Of a stretch of DNA of 64,000 nucleotides, positions 49,993 through 58,213 are shown in pieces. The position numbers and the translations under genes are program-made. This DNA is from an uncultured Prevotella sp. (GTDB lineage Bacteria > Bacteroidota > Bacteroidia > Bacteroidales > Bacteroidaceae): NCBI GenBank assembly GCA_945875635.1, contig CAMCLD010000003.1:62651-126650 (forward strand), read 5' to 3'. Under the pieces are notes generated by a model. That model was not told where the DNA came from and did not search any database. It was given only the letters and a program-made list of their open reading frames with translations. The stretch's first letter is position 1, and each line of letters begins with the position of its first letter.

Positions 49993-51771
49993 ATGAAAAG
50001 AGTTATAGCATCGATAGCAATTGCAATGTGTGTCGTAGCATCATGGGCCGTCAAGGCTGACCCGACACCAACTGTTGTAACACAACCAGACGGAACACAG
50101 CTGACAATTATTGTTCATGGGGACGAGGACTGCAACTGGTACACTACCTCAGACGGAGTACTCCTCTACCCTATTGGCAATTCTTATTTCGTGGCAAGCA
50201 TTTCAGCCAATGGGGAAATAGCTCCTACTACATTGCTTGCACACGAGAGAAGCATGCGCTCCGACAATGAGACATCCATTATAGCGAAACAGGACAAGGC
50301 TGCTTTCTATTCAGCCATAAAAGGCAGGCAACAGCAATATCGTGCAAGAAGGATAAGCATCGGCACGGCAGCAACAAGCTACTTCCCACACACAGGAAGC
50401 CCAAAGGCTCTTGTCATCCTTGTTGAATTCAGCGACACTCTTTTCTCTGTTTCCGAGCCTTCTGTCGTTTTCGACGAGTATCTTAACCACGAAGGCAGCA
50501 GCATGCCAGACCATAGCAACTACGAGAGGAGAAACCATGGCAGCGTAAAACAGTACTTCAACGACATGAGCAATGGAGCATTCACTCCGCAGTTTGATGT
50601 TTACGGACCTGTCAGAATGGAAAAGCCATCAGCTTACTATGGTGAGGGCACTGACAATATGACCAGAATAAAGGAGATGATTGTTGCTGCATGCGACAGC
50701 ATAGACAAGGATGTGGATTTCACAGAATACGATCAGGATGGAGACGGATTTGTTGACCTCGTTTATGTGATTTACGCAGGCTACTCACAAAGCGTGGGAG
50801 GCAACTCAGTAGATTGTATCTGGCCTAAGTCAGGTACTCTTGGCTCTGTCAGCAACACCTTTGACGGCATGAAAATCAACAGATTTGGCATAAACAACGA
50901 GCTTAACTACTATCCGGGACGGAAGTTCAACAGCTATCCAGAGATTACTAAACGAATTAACGGAATAGGTCTCTTCTGCCATGAATTCTCACACACACTC
51001 GGTTTTCCTGACCTTTATTGCGAACTGGAAGTTGACAACCAGGAACTTGAATACTGGGACCTTATGGATGGTGGCGAATATGTTGACAATGGATACACAC
51101 CGGCACCATACTCCCCATGGGAAAAGGAAGTGGCAGGTTGGACAACCATCGATGAGATAACAGAGGCTAAGCAGATAACACTTGCCGACGGACAGGCTGT
51201 GAGAATAAAGAGCGACACAAACGATGAATACATCATACTGCTCAACATGCAGAACAATGGATGGGCAAAGGCTATGCTCGGACATGGAATGCTTGTATAT
51301 AGGATTGACTACCCATACGACAGCGTCAACCTCTTCGACAAACCAAATGCCATCACATCGGGCAAGCCTGCCGTAACACTTCTGCCTGCCGACGGATTGC
51401 TGATATCTTCATATAGAGTATATGACTCTGAGCCAAGCGACACGAAACCATACAGCATAACGGAATATATCAACAGCCATTATGGAGACCCATATCCCGG
51501 AACCTCAAATGTTACGGAAATAGAGAAATTCCAGATGAACGAATGCGTGATAGAGAAACCAATATACAATATCACTGAGAACTTGGAGGAGGGAACGATA
51601 TCATTCGAATATTTCAACAAAATAATCAACGGCATCGACAACATATCCGATTTGCATAGCCAAGATGCTAAACAGACTGTTTACAGCATTGACGGAAGGA
51701 ACTTGGGCACAGACTTCTCAAAGCTTGCAAAAGGCATATACATCGTGGGCGGAAAGAAAATATTGAAATAA
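49993..51771 (+). CDS. M6-family (immune inhibitor A-like) metalloprotease with a probable T9SS C-terminal domain
   Basis: Signal peptide, QPDG propeptide, DQDGDGFVD, FCHEFSHTLG (HExxH), WDLMDGG; C-terminal VYSIDGR...KGIYIVGGKK. Confidence 0.9.
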   Translation: MKRVIASIAIAMCVVASWAVKADPTPTVVTQPDGTQLTIIVHGDEDCNWYTTSDGVLLYPIGNSYFVASISANGEIAPTTLLAHERSMRSDNETSIIAKQDKAAFYSAIKGRQQQYRARRISIGTAATSYFPHTGSPKALVILVEFSDTLFSVSEPSVVFDEYLNHEGSSMPDHSNYERRNHGSVKQYFNDMSNGAFTPQFDVYGPVRMEKPSAYYGEGTDNMTRIKEMIVAACDSIDKDVDFTEYDQDGDGFVDLVYVIYAGYSQSVGGNSVDCIWPKSGTLGSVSNTFDGMKINRFGINNELNYYPGRKFNSYPEITKRINGIGLFCHEFSHTLGFPDLYCELEVDNQELEYWDLMDGGEYVDNGYTPAPYSPWEKEVAGWTTIDEITEAKQITLADGQAVRIKSDTNDEYIILLNMQNNGWAKAMLGHGMLVYRIDYPYDSVNLFDKPNAITSGKPAVTLLPADGLLISSYRVYDSEPSDTKPYSITEYINSHYGDPYPGTSNVTEIEKFQMNECVIEKPIYNITENLEEGTISFEYFNKIINGIDNISDLHSQDAKQTVYSIDGRNLGTDFSKLAKGIYIVGGKKILK

Positions 51772-51810
51772 CAATCAAACAATAATTACAATACATAACA
51801 ATCATCTAAT

Positions 51811-53559
51811 ATGGAAAAGAACACGGAACTTATAGCTCAGTGCGAAGAAAGAGCTAAACAATGGTTGTCTCCTGCTTTTGACGAAGAGACAAGACAAGCT
51901 GTACAGGCTATGCTTGACAATGAGGACAAGACAGACCTCATAGATGCATTCTATCAGAATCTGGAATTTGGTACTGGCGGACTCAGAGGTATCATGGGAG
52001 TTGGAACAAATCGCATGAACAAATACATAGTAGGCATGGCAACTCAGGGTTTTGCCAACTATCTGCTGAAGGCTTTCCCAGGCAAGGAAGACCTTGCAGT
52101 GGTTGTAGGACATGACTGCCGCAACAACGGAAGACTGTTTGCCGAGACCGTTGCCGACATTTTCTCAGCCAACGGAATAAAGGTATATCTCTTCGAGAGC
52201 CTCAGACCAACGCCTGAAATCTCATTCGCCATAAGGCAACTGCACTGTCAGGCTGGCGTCAACGTAACGGCAAGCCACAACCCACGTGAGTACAATGGCT
52301 ACAAAGCATACTGGGAGGATGGTGCGCAAGTACTCTCACCACACGACACTGGAATCATAAGCGAAGTAAACAAGGTAACGATTGATGATGTCAAGTTCGA
52401 AGGCAACAAGGAACTGATAGAAATCATCGGAGGCGAGATGGACTGGGACTATGTACAGGCTGTAAAAGAGGCAATGGTTGACCAGGATGTCATCAATAGA
52501 CAGAAAGACCTTAACATCGTTTATTCACCAATGCACGGAACTGGGCGTGTCATCGTGCCTCTGTGCTTACGCTCATGGGGATTCCAGAACATACATGTCG
52601 TTCCTGAGCAGATGGTCATAGATGGTAACTTCCCTACTGTCGTTTCTCCTAACCCAGAGAATTCAGAGGCAATGACTCTCGGCATGAAACTTGGAACACG
52701 CCTGAACGCTGACCTCGTAATAGCATCAGACCCAGACGCTGACCGACTCGCTATTGTGTGCCGAGACAACAAGGGCGAATGGATTATCATTAACGGAAAC
52801 CAGACCGCAATGATGCTCTCATATTACATCATTGAGAACTCGAAAAAACTTGGCAAGCTGAAACCAACTGATTTCATGGTTAAAACCATTGTCACAACAG
52901 AGGTCATTGCTGAAATAGCAAAACGTAACAATGTTGAACTGCGCGACTGCTACACTGGTTTCAAATGGATTGCAAACGAAATAGCTGTCAGCGAGGGTAA
53001 GCAGAAATATATTGGCGGAGGTGAAGAGTCATTCGGCTACCTGCCATACGACAAGGTACGCGACAAAGACGCACCTGCATCTATCTGTCTCATCTGCGAG
53101 ATTGCAGCATGGGCAAAGGACAACGGCAGGACTCTTTACGACCTGCTCATGGACATTTACGTAGATTATGGCTTCTCGAAAGAGTTTACAGTGAATGTGG
53201 TTAAACCAGGAAAGACAGGTGCCGATGCCATCAAACAGATGATGGCTGACTTCAGGAGCAATCCTCCAAAAGAACTGGGTGGTTCAAAGATAGTACTGTG
53301 GAAAGACTATCAGACCCTTGAGGCTACCGACGAGAACGGCAACGTAACCAAGCTCGACATGCCTACTACAAGCAACGTATTGCAGTGGTTCTGCAACGAC
53401 GGTACTAAAGTCAGTGTGCGTCCTTCTGGTACAGAGCCTAAGATAAAGTTCTATATCGAGGTTAAAGACAACACAATGAAGTGTGCTGGATGTTATGACA
53501 GCTGCTGCAAGGCTGGAGAGGAAAAGATAGAGGCTATAAAGAAAAGCCTTAACCTGTAA
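51811..53559 (+). CDS. pgm: Phosphoglucomutase/phosphomannomutase
   Basis: FGTGGLRG, TASHNP, DPDADR, GGEES, RPSGTEPKIK. Confidence 0.92.
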   Translation: MEKNTELIAQCEERAKQWLSPAFDEETRQAVQAMLDNEDKTDLIDAFYQNLEFGTGGLRGIMGVGTNRMNKYIVGMATQGFANYLLKAFPGKEDLAVVVGHDCRNNGRLFAETVADIFSANGIKVYLFESLRPTPEISFAIRQLHCQAGVNVTASHNPREYNGYKAYWEDGAQVLSPHDTGIISEVNKVTIDDVKFEGNKELIEIIGGEMDWDYVQAVKEAMVDQDVINRQKDLNIVYSPMHGTGRVIVPLCLRSWGFQNIHVVPEQMVIDGNFPTVVSPNPENSEAMTLGMKLGTRLNADLVIASDPDADRLAIVCRDNKGEWIIINGNQTAMMLSYYIIENSKKLGKLKPTDFMVKTIVTTEVIAEIAKRNNVELRDCYTGFKWIANEIAVSEGKQKYIGGGEESFGYLPYDKVRDKDAPASICLICEIAAWAKDNGRTLYDLLMDIYVDYGFSKEFTVNVVKPGKTGADAIKQMMADFRSNPPKELGGSKIVLWKDYQTLEATDENGNVTKLDMPTTSNVLQWFCNDGTKVSVRPSGTEPKIKFYIEVKDNTMKCAGCYDSCCKAGEEKIEAIKKSLNL

Positions 53560-53598
53560 GCCTCAACACAGTGTTAATCCTTATTTAGTTAATTTCTA

Positions 53599-53706
53599 AA
53601 GTTTCGCATGTCTCCGACATGCTGTCAGGAGTTTCCTTGAGCTTAGCGAACCAACGGTCACTGGCAGAAGGGAAAAGGAGTTCCCTTGAGCTTTGCGAAA
53701 AAACTT
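53599..53706. repeat. Intergenic element with an internal hairpin, a 24-bp direct repeat and imperfect terminal inverted repeats
   Basis: GCATGTC-TCC-GACATGC hairpin. 53627-53650 and 53676-53699 match at 22/24. Ends are AAGTTTCGCA and TGCGAAAAAACTT. Confidence 0.65.
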
Positions 53707-53737
53707 GAATTAATTATTTATCATCACTAAACAGAAC

Positions 53738-53775
53738 AAGGTGCTTCCCATTATGGTAAAGCACCTTTTTTGTTT
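53738..53775 (+). terminator. Intrinsic terminator after pgm
   Basis: AAGGTGCTT / AAGCACCTT stem followed by a T-tract. Confidence 0.75.
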
Positions 53776-53870
53776 GCTGCCTGCAAACCATTTGCATGCC
53801 ATTACGAGTTGGAAAGAATCTGCTTCCGTAAGTCAGAGCAAATAATTGCATTGCCAGTAAGATTAATAAT

Positions 53871-53918
53871 CTATCAGCCGAAAGGTTATTAACCTATCGC
53901 CCGAAAGGTTATTAACCT
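53871..53918. repeat. 23-bp tandem duplication containing the palindrome AGGTTA-T-TAACCT
   Basis: CTATCAGCCGAAAGGTTATTAAC / CTATCGCCCGAAAGGTTATTAAC (21/23). Confidence 0.75.
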
Positions 53919-54117
53919 TATCAGGTAGTCAAACGTTTCCATACAGACTTGGACCATTATTCATTTCCAAGACAAAAGGTTAGCGACCGTTGTTGACACT
54001 ACCCTTAAATCAAATCCATACTTATTACAATATTCTCACAAGCCACAGACAACGATAATCGTGGAGAACAGTCGCTATGTTATAGGTGGAAATTTCAATA
54101 GCATCAATTGTGATTTA

Positions 54118-54149
54118 TTTGGTGAAATGGATAATAATATATATCTTTG
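54118..54149 (+). promoter_or_regulatory. Bacteroidetes -33/-7 promoter for the DUF418 gene
   Basis: TTTG (54118-54121), 20-nt spacer, TATCTTTG (54142-54149). Confidence 0.7.
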
Positions 54150-54177
54150 CACAAGATAAGACAAGACAAAAGGAAAC

Positions 54178-55335
54178 ATGGAACAAAGTGTCAAACCTAA
54201 ACGCATCAACGTTGTTGACGCACTCCGCGGATTTGCCGTTGTCGGCATTATAATCATACATTTCCTTGAACACCTAAACTTCTATTCCTTCCCGGAACCA
54301 ACGGCTTTCGACCAAGGATTGTGGGACACTGTATTCTACATTGGTGCAAACAAGATGTATGCAATATTTGCGTTGCTGTTTGGACTGAGCTGCTACATAC
54401 AGCACCACAACGCAGAGAAACGTGGCGAGGACTACCGCTTGCGATTCGCTTGGCGCATGGTGCTGCTCTTCGGATGGGGTATGTTAGATTTGGTGTTCTT
54501 CAATGGTGATATCCTATGCACCTACGCTGTCCTCGGACTGTTGCTAATACCTTTGGTGAAGGCATCAGACAAGGTATTGCTTGCGGTGGCAGCCATACTG
54601 TTCCTGCAACCGATAGAGATGTATTACATCGTCAAGGGGTTGATGGTTCCTGACGCAATGCCGATGGACCTTGGCTATGCCCATTTGTGGGGAGTGTGCT
54701 ATGAAGCATGTGCCAACGGCAGTTTCCTCGATGTGGCAAAGGCTGGATTGACAACAGGACTACCCATCAACTTCGGCTGGGCAATAGAGCACGGTCGCCT
54801 TACCCAGACGCTGATGCTTTTTGTAGTAGGCATGTTGATGGGGCGCAAACGGCTATTCTTCAACGAAGCAGGAAAGCTCCTGTTCTGGAAAAAGGCGATG
54901 GTAGGTTCCCTCGTAATGTTTGCCGCAACTCAGGTGTTGCTCCTCGTGATACCTTTTGACGGATTGGTTCCCTGTGTCGGCAAGAGTCTCGACATACAGC
55001 TCAACGCATGGAGGAATTTCGCCATGATGATATTCTATGTTGGTGGCATCACCCTGTTGTACTATACGACAAATGTCCGGAAAGCAATTTCCCGTCTTGA
55101 ATGTATAGGAAAGATGAGCCTTACCGACTACCTTCTGCAGAGCATTATAGGCGGTTTCCTTTTCTATAACTGGGGACTTGGTCTTCATACGGTCAGCAGC
55201 CATCGGATAAGCTTCGTCCTTGGCATCCTGTTCTGCATCTGCCTTTATTACTTCTGCCGTTTCTGGACGGGCAGGTTCCGTAGGGGACCTTTAGAGGGCC
55301 TTTGGGCAAGGGCGACTCAGATAGGAAGGCACTGA
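54178..55335 (+). CDS. DUF418 (YeiB-like) membrane protein
   Basis: VDALRGFA, FALLFG, GDILCTYA, GKMSLTDYLLQS, RGPLEGLW. Confidence 0.87.
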   Translation: MEQSVKPKRINVVDALRGFAVVGIIIIHFLEHLNFYSFPEPTAFDQGLWDTVFYIGANKMYAIFALLFGLSCYIQHHNAEKRGEDYRLRFAWRMVLLFGWGMLDLVFFNGDILCTYAVLGLLLIPLVKASDKVLLAVAAILFLQPIEMYYIVKGLMVPDAMPMDLGYAHLWGVCYEACANGSFLDVAKAGLTTGLPINFGWAIEHGRLTQTLMLFVVGMLMGRKRLFFNEAGKLLFWKKAMVGSLVMFAATQVLLLVIPFDGLVPCVGKSLDIQLNAWRNFAMMIFYVGGITLLYYTTNVRKAISRLECIGKMSLTDYLLQSIIGGFLFYNWGLGLHTVSSHRISFVLGILFCICLYYFCRFWTGRFRRGPLEGLWARATQIGRH

Positions 55336-55359
55336 CCAAAGGGTAAAGTTAGCTGATTC

Positions 55360-55458
55360 ATGGAGATATACGATGGCATATACAAGAGTGGAATAAAGGA
55401 TTTCAAGGATATATACAGAATGGGTATGGAGAAATATCTTGAAAGATTAGAATATTGA
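55360..55458 (+). CDS. Candidate 32-aa small ORF or gene remnant
   Basis: MEIYDGIYKSGIKDFKDIYRMGMEKYLERLEY*; it ends inside the terminator arm. Confidence 0.3.
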   Translation: MEIYDGIYKSGIKDFKDIYRMGMEKYLERLEY

Positions 55459-55485
55459 ACCCACTTTTTTAATTGTGGGTTCAAT
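55454..55485. terminator. Terminator hairpin between convergent genes
   Basis: ATTGAACCCAC / GTGGGTTCAAT, 11-bp stem. Confidence 0.7.
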
Positions 55486-55489
55486 TCCT

Positions 55490-56590
55490 TTATTTCTTGA
55501 TTTTCACAATCTTCGTTGGCTCTTGCTCCTTGTTTCTCCTGTTCACGACAGTCACGACAGACTGCGCAAGCGAGAGGAATGACTGTCCTGTAACGGATGT
55601 CTCGTCAAGGGCTGCCGGTGTGCCGTTGTCTCCGTTCTCACATATGCTCTGCACAACAGGGATTTGTGCAAGCAATGGTATTCCCATTTCCTTTGCCAAG
55701 TCCTTGCATCCATCCTTTCCGAAGATATAGTACTTGTTTTCTGGCAGCTCTGCGGGAGTGAACCACGCCATATTTTCCACCAGTCCGAGTATTGGTACGT
55801 TAACCTTGTCGTTGGTGTACATGTCAATGCCTTTCCTTGCATCGGCAAGCGCAACCTTCTGTGGCGTGCTGACGATTACCGCACCTGTGATGGCAAGGGT
55901 CTGCAACAGTGTAAGATGGATATCGCTTGTACCAGGAGGAGTGTCAAGGATAAAGTAATCGAGTTCTCCCCAGTCGGCATCTGCTATCAGCTGTTTCAAT
56001 GCTGAGGTTGCCATTCCACCTCTCCACAGTGTTGCTGTCTTTGGATTTACGAAGAAACCTATACTCAGCAGCTTCACTCCATATTTCTCGATAGGTTCAA
56101 TCAGCTGTCTGCCTTCCTTCTCCACTGCATATGGTCTTGCATCTTCCACACCGAACATCTTTGGCATAGAAGGACCGAATATGTCTGTATCAAGAAGACC
56201 AACTTTATAGCCCAGACGGGCAAGAGCTATTGCAAGGTTGGCAGATACCGTGCTCTTGCCTACCCCACCTTTTCCAGAGCTTACTGCCACGATGTTCTTA
56301 ACCTGTGGCAGCAATTTGCCCACTTCCGGACGTGGAGCCGATTTGAACTCAGTGGCTATTGTCACATTGACATCGTTACTTATATAATAATGTATGGCTG
56401 CCTCGGCTGCCTTTACAGTTGACTTGAGGAATGGGTCTGTTTCTCTTGGAAAGATGAGCGAGAACTCCACATTCATGCCATCAATATGCAGATTGTCTGC
56501 CACCATGCCTTCCTCCACGAGGTTCTTCTTTGTTCCAGGATAAACCACTGTGGCAAGGGCATCCATGATAAGTTTTGGATATAATGTCAT
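55490..56590 (-). CDS. mrp: Mrp/ApbC-family P-loop NTPase (Fe-S carrier family) with an N-terminal DUF59-like domain
   Basis: SGKGGVGKST, DTDIFGPS, WRGGM, LDTPPGTSD, VSTPQ, ENMAWF. Confidence 0.9.
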   Translation of the reverse strand: MTLYPKLIMDALATVVYPGTKKNLVEEGMVADNLHIDGMNVEFSLIFPRETDPFLKSTVKAAEAAIHYYISNDVNVTIATEFKSAPRPEVGKLLPQVKNIVAVSSGKGGVGKSTVSANLAIALARLGYKVGLLDTDIFGPSMPKMFGVEDARPYAVEKEGRQLIEPIEKYGVKLLSIGFFVNPKTATLWRGGMATSALKQLIADADWGELDYFILDTPPGTSDIHLTLLQTLAITGAVIVSTPQKVALADARKGIDMYTNDKVNVPILGLVENMAWFTPAELPENKYYIFGKDGCKDLAKEMGIPLLAQIPVVQSICENGDNGTPAALDETSVTGQSFLSLAQSVVTVVNRRNKEQEPTKIVKIKK

Positions 56591-56622
56591 AATAACTTTA
56601 TATTAATTGGTTTCATTTTCAA

Positions 56623-57936
56623 CTAAGAGAGCAACAATTCCTTGAATGCCTCAAAGCTATTAGGCATAGGTACAGACTGTTTTTGTCCTTTCATGAAAGC
56701 GGCAAGCCTTTTTGGAATAGGTATGTCTGCCTTTATTGTCCCATCAACAGTCTGTTTGAACTTGGCTGGATGGGCTGTCTCGCAGAACACTCCTACCTCA
56801 TGCTCATCAAGTCCCTGACGCAGTGCCAACCATCCACAGGCTCCATGTGGGTCAAGCACATAGCCGTAAAGGTCATGACACTGTCTCATTCCTGCCTTTA
56901 TCTGCTCGTCGTCATATGCAAATCCACTAATATCCTGGGTTATTGCGGAATGTGATTTGCCATACAGGTCGAGTATGCGGGCAAAATTACTGGGAGCACC
57001 GACATCCATGGCATTTGCCACTGTCTGAATAGAGGGTTGAGGCTCATAGTTGCCTGTGTTGAGATAATGGAGGAATACGTCATTGGAATTGTTGGCCGCT
57101 ATGAATCGCTTGACAGGAAGCCCCATCCTTTTAGCAATCAACGCTGCACATATATTGCCAAAATTTCCACTCGGAACGCATATTACGAGGTCCTTCTCCA
57201 GACCTGCACGCTTCATCTGTGCATAGGCATTGAAATAATAAAAAGACTGGGGAAGGAAACGTGCCACATTGATAGAGTTGGCACTGGTTAGTTTCAGTCT
57301 TGAATTAAGTTCCTCGTCCATGAACGCATTCTTCACGAGTGTCTGGCAATCGTCAAAGACACCATCCACCTCAATGGCAGTTATGTTCCTGCCAAGGGTT
57401 ACAAACTGGCTTTCCTGTATGGCACTGACCTTACCTTTGGGGTAAAGCACATAGACATGGATTCCATCAACTCCAAGAAAACCATTGGCTACGGCACTTC
57501 CGGTGTCTCCACTTGTGGCCACCAACACATTGACTTGCTGCTGTCTGCCTTCTGTCGCATTTTCCTTGTTGATGAAATATTGCAGCAGTCGCGCCATGAA
57601 CCTCGCACCAACATCCTTGAATGCGAGTGTGGGACCATGGAACAGTTCGAGTGTATAGATGTTGTCTGATACTTTCACTACAGGACACTCAAAGTTCAGC
57701 GTGTCATAGACTATTTTCCGAAGGCAGTCGCCATCTATATCTTCTCCAAAAAGAGCATCGGCTACTGTATAGGCTATTTCCTGAAATGACAGCTTGTCTA
57801 TGCTGTCGAAGAAACTGCAAGGCAGGGACTTTATAGTCTCCGGCATGTACAGTCCTCTGTCCGGAGCAAGTCCTTTTACCACTGCCTCATGTAGGTTCAC
57901 CAATGGTGCATTGTTATTTGTACTATAATATTTCAT
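56623..57936 (-). CDS. thrC: Threonine synthase
   Basis: GLAPDRGL, ELFHGPTLAFKD, ATSGDTG, SANSINVAR, PSGNFGN, ETAHPAKF. Confidence 0.96.
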   Translation of the reverse strand: MKYYSTNNNAPLVNLHEAVVKGLAPDRGLYMPETIKSLPCSFFDSIDKLSFQEIAYTVADALFGEDIDGDCLRKIVYDTLNFECPVVKVSDNIYTLELFHGPTLAFKDVGARFMARLLQYFINKENATEGRQQQVNVLVATSGDTGSAVANGFLGVDGIHVYVLYPKGKVSAIQESQFVTLGRNITAIEVDGVFDDCQTLVKNAFMDEELNSRLKLTSANSINVARFLPQSFYYFNAYAQMKRAGLEKDLVICVPSGNFGNICAALIAKRMGLPVKRFIAANNSNDVFLHYLNTGNYEPQPSIQTVANAMDVGAPSNFARILDLYGKSHSAITQDISGFAYDDEQIKAGMRQCHDLYGYVLDPHGACGWLALRQGLDEHEVGVFCETAHPAKFKQTVDGTIKADIPIPKRLAAFMKGQKQSVPMPNSFEAFKELLLS

Positions 57937-57941
57937 AACTT

Positions 57942-58184
57942 AAGTTTCGAATTTGCTCAACTTCTGTAGTTAAAAGGAGTTATAAGAAGTTATCGCTCCC
58001 TGTGGTCGCTAAGGAAGATAAAGGACAATTCTTTTGCAAACGAGAGCAGAGCCAAGCTCGTTTGAGCTATGCCGAGTGCAGCTAAAGAATCGACGAAGAC
58101 AATAGTAAAAGCCATGTTTTAACATACGTCATTTATCTCCTTATATCTTCATTTATCTCCTTTTTACTACTTGCGAAAGTTGAA
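57942..58184. repeat. Composite intergenic repeat element between apgM and thrC
   Basis: 57942-58028 aligns without gaps to 62089-62175 (68/87). Hairpin CAAACGAG/CTCGTTTG (58037-58064). ATTTATCTCC repeats (58131, 58151). Ends are AAGTTTCG and CGAAAGTT. Confidence 0.75.
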
Positions 58185-58213
58185 TTTCATAATGTTCTAA
58201 TTAAATGAAAAGA

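Noticed and set aside
53627-53699. Repeat-spacer-repeat (24/25/24 bp) as a mini CRISPR array
   Set aside because: Only two repeats, no cas genes or leader, and it is embedded in a larger repeat element.
54178-55335. DUF418 gene as a horizontally acquired, higher-GC gene
   Set aside because: Spot counts were high (38/60 at 54421, 30/60 at 54781, 37/60 at 55261, versus 21/60 at 3001), but the lines were hand-picked and membrane proteins skew composition. It needs a sliding-window GC3 analysis.
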